Assembly (NCBI GenBank): GCA_951812545.1
Contig: OX638317.1
Location: 5,843,014 to 5,907,013, forward strand
Reading direction: 5' to 3'
Length of the DNA stretch: 64,000 nucleotides
Source: an uncultured Latescibacterota bacterium
GTDB taxonomy: Bacteria > Latescibacterota > UBA2968
In this document: piece by piece, positions 45,696 through 54,550 of the stretch
Layout: each line of letters starts with the position of its first letter
How positions within the stretch are numbered: position 1 is the first letter of the stretch
Position numbers and translations under genes: made by a program
Notes under the pieces: model-generated
Database searches by the model: none
The model's input: only the letters and a program-made list of their open reading frames with translations
Told to the model about the DNA's origin: nothing

Positions 45696-46390
45696 TGTCT
45701 GTTAATCGCCGACGTTTTCTGTATCAGTCCGCTGCATTGGGTGCGGCGGTTTTTGTGACGCCAGGGGTTTTTGCCGAGCAACTGACGCTTACGCCCCGGC
45801 AGACCGAGGGTCCGTTTTATCCGGATGAGATGCCGCTGGATGTCGATAATGATCTCGTGATAATCAACGATGCGATTACGCCAGCCGTAGGGGAGATTAC
45901 GCATTTGACCGGGCGCGTTCTGGATGTGAATGCCAATCCCGTAAAGAATGCCATTGTGGAGATCTGGCAGGTCGATCGCAATGGGGTTTATATTCATACC
46001 GAGGCTCCGCGACGCAATAGGCGAGATACAAATTTTCAGGGTTTTGGGCGTTTTGAGACGGGATCTACAGGTGAATACCGCTTTCGGACGATTAAGCCCG
46101 TGCGGTACAGGGGGTCGCGAACCGCTCATATTCATTTTGCGATTAATAAAAATGGGCACCGGATTTTGACGTCGCAGATGTACGTGAAAGACAATCCGGA
46201 CAATGAGTGGGATTCTATTTTCAGGAATACTGGTCGCGCGTCTCACGATTTGCTGTCCGTGCCGTTTAAGCCATTGCCCGGGTCTGAGGTTGGCGAGTTG
46301 ACGGCAAATTTTGATATTGTGATTGGCGAAACACCCGAAGACCGGGGAAATGACCGCGGGCGACGAGGCCGACGGCGCGGGTGGTGGTAA
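45695..46390 (+). CDS. Tat-exported intradiol ring-cleavage dioxygenase family protein with Arg/Gly-rich tail
   Basis: Twin-arginine signal MSVNRRRFLYQSAALGAAVFV. Dioxygenase core GRVLDVNANPVKNAIVEIWQVDRNGVY...RTAHIHF. C-terminal DRGNDRGRRGRRRGWW. Confidence 0.7.
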   Translation: MSVNRRRFLYQSAALGAAVFVTPGVFAEQLTLTPRQTEGPFYPDEMPLDVDNDLVIINDAITPAVGEITHLTGRVLDVNANPVKNAIVEIWQVDRNGVYIHTEAPRRNRRDTNFQGFGRFETGSTGEYRFRTIKPVRYRGSRTAHIHFAINKNGHRILTSQMYVKDNPDNEWDSIFRNTGRASHDLLSVPFKPLPGSEVGELTANFDIVIGETPEDRGNDRGRRGRRRGWW

Positions 46391-46406
46391 AAAAGATACG
46401 CGCCTC

Positions 46407-46435
46407 TTGACGCAATAATCGTTTTGGGTTATTCT
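46407..46435 (+). promoter_or_regulatory. putative sigma70-type promoter of the metal efflux operon
   Basis: TTGACG (46407-46412), 17 nt, TATTCT (46430-46435), about 35 nt before GTG 46470. Confidence 0.3.
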
Positions 46436-46469
46436 TTTTAGACCTTTCCAACTTCTGGAGATTGAGGCC

Positions 46470-46823
46470 GTGCTTAGTCGTTTTGCTCACATTCTTATTG
46501 TCGCGCTGACACTCATTGGAACGGTTGCGCCCTGTCTGTGCTGGGCGCATCAGGCGTCGATGCCAGAGTGTCATGCTGCGGCAGAGATGAAAGATTGCTG
46601 TTGTAGCAAAGAGGCGACAGTCGATCAGGAGATGCCAGCGGGCGATGTGGCTGTTTTGCCCGGTGGATGGCAAAATCCAAAGTTGGATTTGGTATGTGTG
46701 ACGTTGTATCCCTCTGTTGTTCTTTCCCAGAGTAATTTCCTTCCTTTTGTGGCGTTTGATCGCCAGGATGTTCTGCGATCACCGCCCTATCTGTACCTTC
46801 TCCACGCTGCATTTCTCATCTGA
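46470..46823 (+). CDS. small Cys/His-rich exported protein (possible CzcI-like accessory protein)
   Basis: 117 aa, GTG start. Signal-like N-terminus, then PCLCWAHQASMPECHAAAEMKDCCCSKE. Lies directly upstream of the TolC/MFP/RND metal efflux genes. Coding status is not proven. Confidence 0.35.
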   Translation: MLSRFAHILIVALTLIGTVAPCLCWAHQASMPECHAAAEMKDCCCSKEATVDQEMPAGDVAVLPGGWQNPKLDLVCVTLYPSVVLSQSNFLPFVAFDRQDVLRSPPYLYLLHAAFLI

Positions 46824-46961
46824 TTTTTCCTTCCTGCGCGTGAACTACGTTTGGGGATAGGTGTGTACAAATCGTTCCCCGATTGTCGTTTTTTCTACCG
46901 CATGTTTTACAGACTTTTTCCTTTTTAAATACTCTAAATACAGATTCTCTGGAGGTGGCTT

Positions 46962-48221
46962 GTGTATGCTATTCGAGCCATGATCGGGCTATGCCTCATG
47001 GGTATATCTATTTTACCTGTGCGGGCAGATGAACTGGATCTGGATGCGCTGATTCAGGAGGCTTTGAAAAATAATCCCAATTTGTCGGTTTTGCGGGCGC
47101 GTTTGGCTGCTTTTGAAGCAAAAATTCCGCAGGCGGGCGCGCTGGAAGATCCGTCTTTTCGCTTTGAGGTGAGCAATGTGCCGTTGAGCGACTTTAATTT
47201 GAGCAGTACGCCGATGAGTGGGAATCAATTTGTGCTCAGCCAGAAGTTTTCTTTGCCGGGCAAACAGCGGGCGCGCGAGCGATCAGCGCAGTTTGCCTCA
47301 GATTCTGCTGCATGGCTGTTGCGCGATCGAGAACTGGCAATTGTCAATGCAGTCAAGCAGCCTTTTTTAGAACTGGCTTATGTGACCCGCGCTATTGCAA
47401 TTATGGAAAAGAATCGGGTGTTGTTGCAAGACCTTGTTCGCACTGCCCGCACGAAATACGCTGTTGGAAAGGGTTTGCAACAGGATGTGTTGAAAGCCCA
47501 GGTTTCGCTGTCGGCACTGGATACGCGGTTGATTGCGCTTCGGGCTGAGAAACAATTGGCAGAGGCGCGTTTGAATCTGGTGTTGAATCGGTCTCCACAA
47601 AGTCCTCTGGGCGCGCCGCCAGATACTATTGGTCTTTCGGGTGTGCCGTTGGCGGTTGATGCTTTGCAGGCGCAGGCCGATGAGACACATCCATCCCTGA
47701 AGGCGATGGAGCAATTGATTATGATGTGGCAGGCGCAGGTTGAGGTGGCAAAAAGAAATTTTTGGCCGGATATGACGGTGAATTTGGGGTATCGCCAACG
47801 CGTATTTACGCCCAATGATCCGGCGGGGGGAAGCGATTTTATATCTGTTGGTATCGGCATTCCGTTGCCCGTGTTTGGCGGGCGCAAGCAACGTCAGAAG
47901 ATTGCAGAAGCGCGGGCCAATATGCGAGAGGTTGAGGCTCAAAAGGCCGCTGAACGCCAGCAGATTCACTACGAGATTCAGCGTCTAATTATTGAGGTCA
48001 GGCAACACCGGGAAAGTGCCGAGTTGTTTCGCACGGCGATGTTGCCTCAAGCAGAGCAGTCGCTGGCGTCGGCGTTGTCGGGATATCAGGTAGATAAGGT
48101 GGATTTTTTGACGTTGTTGAACAATCAGATGACGCTGTTGAATTTTGAGATCGCACATTATCGACATGTGATTGAGCATGAAAAGCGGGTGGCAGATTTG
48201 GATGCGGCGGTGGGGTGGTAG
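46962..48221 (+). CDS. TolC-family outer membrane efflux protein (CusC/CzcC-like)
   Basis: 419 aa. Signal peptide, two OEP repeats with coiled-coil segments, typical N-terminal LDLDALIQEALKNNPNL. Confidence 0.8.
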   Translation: MYAIRAMIGLCLMGISILPVRADELDLDALIQEALKNNPNLSVLRARLAAFEAKIPQAGALEDPSFRFEVSNVPLSDFNLSSTPMSGNQFVLSQKFSLPGKQRARERSAQFASDSAAWLLRDRELAIVNAVKQPFLELAYVTRAIAIMEKNRVLLQDLVRTARTKYAVGKGLQQDVLKAQVSLSALDTRLIALRAEKQLAEARLNLVLNRSPQSPLGAPPDTIGLSGVPLAVDALQAQADETHPSLKAMEQLIMMWQAQVEVAKRNFWPDMTVNLGYRQRVFTPNDPAGGSDFISVGIGIPLPVFGGRKQRQKIAEARANMREVEAQKAAERQQIHYEIQRLIIEVRQHRESAELFRTAMLPQAEQSLASALSGYQVDKVDFLTLLNNQMTLLNFEIAHYRHVIEHEKRVADLDAAVGW

Positions 48222-48242
48222 GGGCAGGTTTAAAACCTGCCC
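48222..48242. repeat. palindromic REP-like element copy 1 (GGGCAGGTTT-A-AAACCTGCCC)
   Basis: Perfect 10-bp arms, starting 1 nt after the stop of the TolC-like gene. Shares GTAGGGGCAGGTTT...AACCTGCCCG with 52925-52949. Confidence 0.6.
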
Positions 48243-48270
48243 GCCCGTCCATTTAACAAGGAGTTGAGAC

Positions 48271-49674
48271 ATGAAATATCTCCTTCCAATTTTAGTGTTG
48301 ATCGCGGTATTGATCGCGGGATTTGTTGGTGGGGTCTGGATTTCGGGAGATACGCATATAGAGCAGGAGCAGGCGTTAAAAACATATATTTGTCCGATGC
48401 ACCCGACGGTGGTGTCGGATAAGTCCGGATCTTGTCCAATCTGCGGTATGGATCTGGTGGAGAAGAAGATGGATGGTGGGCACGGTCAGGAGATGCATGC
48501 GGGTCATGAAACATATATTTGTCCGATGCACCCGACGGTGGTGTCGGATAAACCGGGCAGTTGTCCAATATGTGGTATGGATCTGGTGGTGAAGGAGGCT
48601 GATGCGTCTTCCGCACAAAATGGAAGCGTGCAGATTGATCCTGTGACGATTCAGAATATTGGTGTCAAGACGATGGTGGTGAAGAAACAGCCTTTGAAGC
48701 GTATGGTGCGCGCGGTGGGCAGGGTGGATTATGACGAGACGCGGATTATGGATGTGAATAGCAAGATCGCCGGGTGGGTTGAGCAGTTATATGTGGATTA
48801 TACCGGTCAGTGGGTGGAAAAGGGGCAGCCTTTGCTCGCGCTTTATAGCCCTGAACTGGTCGCGGCGCAGGAGGAGTATTTGACGGCTCTGGATTATGCG
48901 GAGAGAATGCGCGATGGTGCGGTTCGAGAGGTGTCGCAAAGTGCCGATGATCTGCTTGCTGCTGCGCGGCAAAGGTTGTTGTACTGGGATATTTCGGTGG
49001 GGCAGATTGCGGAGTTGGAAAAGATGCGACAGGTCGGGCGAACAATGCCCATTCTGGCGCCTCGGTCGGGGATTGTGACGCACAGAGATGTGCTGGAGGG
49101 GGCGTATATCAGATCGGGTCAACATCTGTATCGCATTGCGGATCTGTCAGTGGTGTGGATTTATGCAGATGTGTACGAATACGAGATGCCGTGGGTTTCC
49201 AAAGGGCAGCGCGCAGAGGTGTCGCTGTCTTATTTGCCTGGCGAGCAATTTGAGGGCAAAGTGGATTATATTTTTCCGTTTATGAATAAAAAGACGCGCA
49301 CGGTTCAGGTGCGGATGATTTTTGACAATGCAGATGGCGCGCTTAAGCCGGATATGTATGCCGATGTGGTGATTCGCCCCGAGGTGGGGCGTGAGGGCAT
49401 TGTGATACCAGTTCAGGCGGTGATTCATTCGGGGACGCGCAGGGTTGTTGTGATGGCTCACGGAGATGGCAGGTTTGAACCGCGTGAGATTCACACCGGG
49501 GTGGAGACCGAGGATGGCTATGAGGTGCTGCGCGGGCTAAATCCGGGGGAAGAGATTGTGACTGCGGCGCAATTTTTGATTGATTCAGAGAGCAATTTGA
49601 AGGCTGCACTGGCGGGGATGCGTGGAGATCCTGTGAAACATGGTGGACATGGTGGTGGACACGGTGGGCATTGA
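48271..49674 (+). CDS. efflux RND periplasmic adaptor (CusB-like) with two N-terminal heavy-metal-binding domains and His-rich tail
   Basis: 467 aa. N-terminal TM helix. Duplicated YICPMHPTVVSDK.GSCPICGMDLV. MFP barrel/lipoyl/beta-barrel core. C-terminal HGGHGGGHGGH. Confidence 0.85.
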   Translation: MKYLLPILVLIAVLIAGFVGGVWISGDTHIEQEQALKTYICPMHPTVVSDKSGSCPICGMDLVEKKMDGGHGQEMHAGHETYICPMHPTVVSDKPGSCPICGMDLVVKEADASSAQNGSVQIDPVTIQNIGVKTMVVKKQPLKRMVRAVGRVDYDETRIMDVNSKIAGWVEQLYVDYTGQWVEKGQPLLALYSPELVAAQEEYLTALDYAERMRDGAVREVSQSADDLLAAARQRLLYWDISVGQIAELEKMRQVGRTMPILAPRSGIVTHRDVLEGAYIRSGQHLYRIADLSVVWIYADVYEYEMPWVSKGQRAEVSLSYLPGEQFEGKVDYIFPFMNKKTRTVQVRMIFDNADGALKPDMYADVVIRPEVGREGIVIPVQAVIHSGTRRVVVMAHGDGRFEPREIHTGVETEDGYEVLRGLNPGEEIVTAAQFLIDSESNLKAALAGMRGDPVKHGGHGGGHGGH

Positions 49675-49703
49675 AGCGCGTATTCTAACGGAGCTATAAC
49701 GCG

Positions 49704-52700
49704 ATGTTAAATCGAATTATTGAAGCGAGTGTGAAGAATCGATTTCTGGTGGTGATTGTCACTTTGATGGTGATTGGGTGGGGGGTGTATGCGATGTTGA
49801 ATACGCCGCTGGATGCGATTCCCGATTTGTCGGATGTGCAGGTGATCGTGTTTAGCGAATATCCGGGTCAGGCGCCGCAGGTGGTGGAAGATCAGGTGAC
49901 GTATCCGCTGACGACGGCGATGTTATCCGTGCCTTATGCAAAGACGGTGCGGGGATATTCGTTTTTTGGCATTTCTTATGTGTATGTAATTTTTGAAGAT
50001 GGAACGGATATGTACTGGGCGCGCAGTCGGGTGTTGGAGTATCTCAATTCCGCGTCTGATAGATTGCCGCAAGGGGTGACGCCGAAGCTGGGGCCAGATG
50101 CGACGGGTGTGGGCTGGGTCTATCAATATACTGTGCTGGATACGACTGGGAGACATGATCTTTCGGAATTGCGCTCAATTCAGGATTGGTATTTGCGGTA
50201 TGAATTGAGCAGTGTGCAAGGTGTTTCGGAAGTGGCGTCTGTGGGTGGATTTGTGAAGCAGTATCAGGTGATTGTGGATCCCAATCGCTTGCTGGCATAC
50301 AATATTCCTTTGCAGAAGATTCGGACGGCGATTCAGCGCAGCAATAATGACGTGGGAGGGCGGCTGGTCGAATTGGCAGAGACAGAATTTATGGTGCGTG
50401 GGTTGGGATATATCCAGTCTGTGTCGGATATAGAGCAGATTGCCCTGGGCGTGGATGAACACGGTACGCCAATTCGCGTAAAAGATGTTGCGACTGTGCA
50501 GGTGGGGCCAGAGCTAAGAAGGGGATTGGCCGAGTGGAATGGCGAGGGGGAGGTGGTAGGGGGTATTGTGGTGATGCGGTCTGGGGAAAACGCACTCAAA
50601 GTTATTGATCGGGTGAAAGAGAAGTTGGCGTCACTCAAACCCGGTCTTCCCGAAGGCGTGGTGGTGGTCGCGAATTATGATCGCTCGGCACTTATTCTGC
50701 GCGCGGTTGATCATTTGCAGAAGAAGCTGATTGAAGAGATCGCGGTGGTGGCTGTGGTATGTATTGTTTTTTTACTTCATTTTCGCAGTGCTTTTGTGGC
50801 TGTTTTTACATTGCCGATGGGGATTTTAATTGCGTTCGCCGCGATGTATCACCAGGGCGTCAATTCGAATATTATGTCTCTTGGGGGCATTGCGATTGCA
50901 ATTGGGGCGATGGTGGATGCAGCTATTGTGATGATCGAAAATGCACATAAGCATATCGAACGCGATGGCGGGAAAAAGTCGCATAGTGAGATGATCATTG
51001 CCGCTTCGAAAGAGGTGGGGCCTGCGCTGTTCTTTTCGCTGTTGATTATTACGCTGTCGTTTTTGCCGGTTTTTACACTGGAGGCGCAGGAGGGAAGGTT
51101 GTTTAAGCCGCTCGCATATACCAAAACTTATGCTATGGCGGCGGCGGCATTTTTGGCGATTACGGTTGTACCGGTGCTGATGACTTTTTTTGTGCGGGGC
51201 AAAATTCGGTCTGAGTCCGAGAATCCCATCAGTCGCGTTTTGATGTATCTGTATCGGCCTGTGATTGATTGGGTGTTGCGACATCGGGTGCTGACGATGG
51301 TGCTGGGCGGGCTGGTGTTGTTTGTGACTATATTTCCCTTTCGCGATATTGTGGTGTCGCGTTTTTCAGATCGGCCACAGAGTTTGACTTATAAAGCACT
51401 GGTGAAGTTGGACGCGCTGTTTCCTATGGAAAAAATTGGATCTGAATTTATGCCGCCTCTGTACGAGGGCGATCTGTTGTATATGCCCACGACATTGCCG
51501 GGGATATCGATTACGAGAGCGCGGGCGCTGTTGCAACAGACGGATAAGATTATTCGCACTTTCCCAGAAGTTGAACATGTATTTGGCAAAATTGGTCGGG
51601 CAGAGACTGCGACAGACCCGGCGCCGTTGTCGATGATTGAGACGACGATTATGCTCAAGCCCGAGTCCGAGTGGCGAGAGGGCATGACGCCTCAAAAATT
51701 AATTCGAGAATTGAATCAGGCGGTAAAGTTTCCGGGATTGACCAATGCGTGGACTATGCCGATTAAGACGCGCATCGATATGCTTTCAACGGGTATTAAG
51801 ACGCCTGTGGGTATCAAGGTGGTGGGGGATGATCTGGAGACATTGCAGATGTTGGGTGAGAAAATCGAGACGGTGGTGCGCGATCTGCCGGGTACGCTGA
51901 GTGTGTTTGCCGAGCGTGCAGTAGGCGGCAATTATCTGGATTTTGAGATCGATAGGCGGGCTGCTGCGCGTTATGGACTGACGGTCGGGGATGTGCAGGA
52001 TGTTATTATGTCGGCATTGGGCGGGATGAATATCACGCATACCGTGGAGGGTTTGGAGCGCTATCCGGTGAATTTGCGTTATGGGCGAGAGTTGCGCGAT
52101 AATTTGCCCGCGCTTCGGCGCGTGCTGGTGCCCACGCCGATGGGGGCGCAGATTCCCATTGGACAGTTGGCAGATCTTCGCATTCGGAAGGGGCCGCCGA
52201 GTATTAAGAGCGAGAATGCGCGGTTAAATGCGTGGGTCTATGTCGATATTGAAGGTGTGGATGTGGGGACTTATGTGGCGCGGGCGCAACAGGCTGTGTT
52301 GGAGCAAGTGCAGATGCCGCCTGGTTATACCGCGATCTGGAGTGGTCAGTATGAATATATGTTGCGGGCAGAGAAAAAGCTGAAGGTTGTGGTGCCTGTG
52401 ACGCTGGCGATCATTTTTGTGTTGTTGTATCTGAATTTTAGAAATGTGGCTGAGAGCGCGATTGTGATGCTTTCTCTGCCCTTTGCACTGGTTGGTGGGA
52501 TATGGTTGATGTATATTTTGGATTACGATATGAGCATTGCCGTGGGTGTGGGGTTCATCGCGCTGGCTGGATTGGCTGCCGAGACAGGGGTGGTGATGCT
52601 GATTTATCTGGATCAGGCTTATGAGAGTATCAAACGCGAAAAAGGCGATGTATTGACACGAACAGACTTAAATCAGGCGGTGATGTCCGGTGCTGTGGAG

Positions 52701-52913
52701 CGGGTGCGGCCCAAGTTGATGACGGTGTTTTCAACGATGGTTGGCCTGTTGCCGATTATGTGGTCAACGGGCACGGGGTCCGAGGCGATGAAGCGCATTG
52801 CAGCACCTATGGTGGGGGGGATGGTGTCATCGACGATTTTGACGCTGTTGGTGATTCCGGCGATTTATGCGTTGTGGAAAGAGCGGGACGTATCCGCAGA
52901 TGGACGCAGATGA
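49704..52913 (+). CDS. CusA/CzcA family heavy metal efflux RND transporter
   Basis: 1069 aa. Typical N-terminus MLNRIIEASVKNRFLVVI..., 12 TM helices, GAMVDAAIVMIEN. Operon context with a metal-binding MFP and an HMA protein. Confidence 0.9.
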   Translation: MLNRIIEASVKNRFLVVIVTLMVIGWGVYAMLNTPLDAIPDLSDVQVIVFSEYPGQAPQVVEDQVTYPLTTAMLSVPYAKTVRGYSFFGISYVYVIFEDGTDMYWARSRVLEYLNSASDRLPQGVTPKLGPDATGVGWVYQYTVLDTTGRHDLSELRSIQDWYLRYELSSVQGVSEVASVGGFVKQYQVIVDPNRLLAYNIPLQKIRTAIQRSNNDVGGRLVELAETEFMVRGLGYIQSVSDIEQIALGVDEHGTPIRVKDVATVQVGPELRRGLAEWNGEGEVVGGIVVMRSGENALKVIDRVKEKLASLKPGLPEGVVVVANYDRSALILRAVDHLQKKLIEEIAVVAVVCIVFLLHFRSAFVAVFTLPMGILIAFAAMYHQGVNSNIMSLGGIAIAIGAMVDAAIVMIENAHKHIERDGGKKSHSEMIIAASKEVGPALFFSLLIITLSFLPVFTLEAQEGRLFKPLAYTKTYAMAAAAFLAITVVPVLMTFFVRGKIRSESENPISRVLMYLYRPVIDWVLRHRVLTMVLGGLVLFVTIFPFRDIVVSRFSDRPQSLTYKALVKLDALFPMEKIGSEFMPPLYEGDLLYMPTTLPGISITRARALLQQTDKIIRTFPEVEHVFGKIGRAETATDPAPLSMIETTIMLKPESEWREGMTPQKLIRELNQAVKFPGLTNAWTMPIKTRIDMLSTGIKTPVGIKVVGDDLETLQMLGEKIETVVRDLPGTLSVFAERAVGGNYLDFEIDRRAAARYGLTVGDVQDVIMSALGGMNITHTVEGLERYPVNLRYGRELRDNLPALRRVLVPTPMGAQIPIGQLADLRIRKGPPSIKSENARLNAWVYVDIEGVDVGTYVARAQQAVLEQVQMPPGYTAIWSGQYEYMLRAEKKLKVVVPVTLAIIFVLLYLNFRNVAESAIVMLSLPFALVGGIWLMYILDYDMSIAVGVGFIALAGLAAETGVVMLIYLDQAYESIKREKGDVLTRTDLNQAVMSGAVERVRPKLMTVFSTMVGLLPIMWSTGTGSEAMKRIAAPMVGGMVSSTILTLLVIPAIYALWKERDVSADGRR

Positions 52914-52927
52914 AAGGTAAGACGTAG

Positions 52928-52948
52928 GGGCAGGTTTTTAACCTGCCC
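52928..52948. repeat. palindromic REP-like element copy 2 (GGGCAGGTT-TTT-AACCTGCCC)
   Basis: 9-bp arms, 15 nt after the RND gene stop. Followed by the related half-site GTAGGGGCGAACCCC. Confidence 0.6.
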
Positions 52949-52995
52949 GATGTAGGGGCGAACCCCAGAATCATTCACTTTTCAGGAGGTGTGTT

Positions 52996-53349
52996 ATGAA
53001 GTCTCGTATTTTTGCATTATTGGTCATTGGCGCGACAGCTATAGGTATGGCGGGATGGGTCGGCTGTTCGTCAAAGTCGGAGGCGACGACTGTCGAGGTG
53101 AAATTGTCCACAATGCAGTGCGCTATGTGCTCGAATACCATAGAAGAAGCACTGAAAAAGGTCGATGGTGTTCAGAGCGTGGAAGTCAATCTGGATGTGA
53201 AAACAGCGAAGGTGACGTTTGATGATAAGGTGACCAGTGTTCCCGCCCTGGAGCAGGCCGTTGTCAAGACGGGTTATGCGGCTAATGACAAAAAGGCCGA
53301 TTCCGATGCGTATGCAAAGTTGCCCAGTTGTTGCCAAGTTCCTGAGTAA
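52996..53349 (+). CDS. heavy-metal-associated (HMA) domain lipoprotein, periplasmic CopZ-like metallochaperone
   Basis: 117 aa. Lipobox MAGWVGC. HMA motif TMQCAMCSNTIEEALKKVDGV. C-terminal PSCCQVPE. Confidence 0.8.
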   Translation: MKSRIFALLVIGATAIGMAGWVGCSSKSEATTVEVKLSTMQCAMCSNTIEEALKKVDGVQSVEVNLDVKTAKVTFDDKVTSVPALEQAVVKTGYAANDKKADSDAYAKLPSCCQVPE

Positions 53350-53363
53350 TAATCGTTGGGTCA

Positions 53364-53400
53364 AAGCCCCGGATGTTTTGATGCATTCGGGGCTTGTTTT
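53364..53400. terminator. bidirectional terminator between the HMA gene and the yeiH-like gene
   Basis: 12-bp stem AAGCCCCGGATG/CATTCGGGGCTT (one G-U pair), 8-nt loop, then GTTTTA. Confidence 0.65.
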
Positions 53401-54538
53401 ATATATGTGCAACACCCAGCCCCAGCAATGCCAGAGTGATAGCTGATAAGACGCCCAATATCACCGGTTTTATACCGCCTGCTTTCATTGCTGCAAATGC
53501 CGTAGATAATCCCACCCCGGCCATCGCGCAGATAATAATCCACTTGCCGCTCTGGCTTAATAAGTCAGCTATATCTATATGCCGGTCGCCTGCACCAAAT
53601 ACAAATTGCTCGGATAAATGTAATGTCACTTCCGGCAAAAAGCCCAGGGTTCGCAGCAGCGCCATTGCCAGAAACAACACGACAAAACCCGGTACCAGCC
53701 TGGAATAACGCACTGGCTCATCGATATAAATCGTCTGTCGCTGCGTATAAGCAAACCACGCCCCCAGCACGAATACTACAGGTCCCAAAAGCGAAATGCG
53801 TACCAGTTTTACAATGGTCGCCATTTCCCCGGCTGTCTGTCCATCTCCTGCATGCGCGAATCCCGCGGCAATTACCTGTGGTGTTGCGTGAATGCCCAAT
53901 CCACACCAGATGCCATATACTTCTGCATCCAGCATTGCCAGAGATCCAACCACGGGAAATAGCAGCATCGCCACAACGCCCAGCAGATTGATCACCCCGA
54001 CCGAATACGTTATTTCTTCGTTGTTGGCTTTGATCATGGGCGCGAGGGCTACAATGGCAGAACTTCCGCAAACTCCTGTGCCCACACCAATCAACAGCCC
54101 CATTTTTTTTTCGATGTTAAACCAGCGCGACATCAGATGGGTGAATACAACAATTATTGCAATCAATACGGCCGCACCAATCAGGACCTGCACTGCGACG
54201 CGAATCAAATCGTAAAAATCCAACCGCGCGCCCAGGAGCACTATTCCAACGGGCAGCCACTTTTGCACCACTGTATCTATACCGGGCTTCAATTTTGCTG
54301 TTGATGGCATCACATTGCACAACAGCATGCCCAATAACAATGCCAATAATACTGCGCTCAGGGGATGTTGGCCCGAGGTCAGTGTAAATGGAGGAAAAGG
54401 CAATGTGTTTAAATATATTGCTGCCCACGACAGCACCACACATATTCCAATGCCTGGCCAGGGACTTTCTTTGGGCCAGATAGAGATTTTTTTGCGAAAT
54501 TGCGCTTCAAATGATCGCTCTTTCCCGCTCAGATTCAT
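53399..54538 (-). CDS. YeiH/UPF0324 family putative sulfate exporter-type membrane protein
   Basis: 379 aa, about 10-11 TM helices. Gly-rich motifs (GVGTGVCGSSAIVA) typical of the YeiH family. Lies 12 nt downstream of cysK. Confidence 0.7.
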   Translation of the reverse strand: MNLSGKERSFEAQFRKKISIWPKESPWPGIGICVVLSWAAIYLNTLPFPPFTLTSGQHPLSAVLLALLLGMLLCNVMPSTAKLKPGIDTVVQKWLPVGIVLLGARLDFYDLIRVAVQVLIGAAVLIAIIVVFTHLMSRWFNIEKKMGLLIGVGTGVCGSSAIVALAPMIKANNEEITYSVGVINLLGVVAMLLFPVVGSLAMLDAEVYGIWCGLGIHATPQVIAAGFAHAGDGQTAGEMATIVKLVRISLLGPVVFVLGAWFAYTQRQTIYIDEPVRYSRLVPGFVVLFLAMALLRTLGFLPEVTLHLSEQFVFGAGDRHIDIADLLSQSGKWIIICAMAGVGLSTAFAAMKAGGIKPVILGVLSAITLALLGLGVAHI

Positions 54539-54550
54539 ACTTTCATTTCC

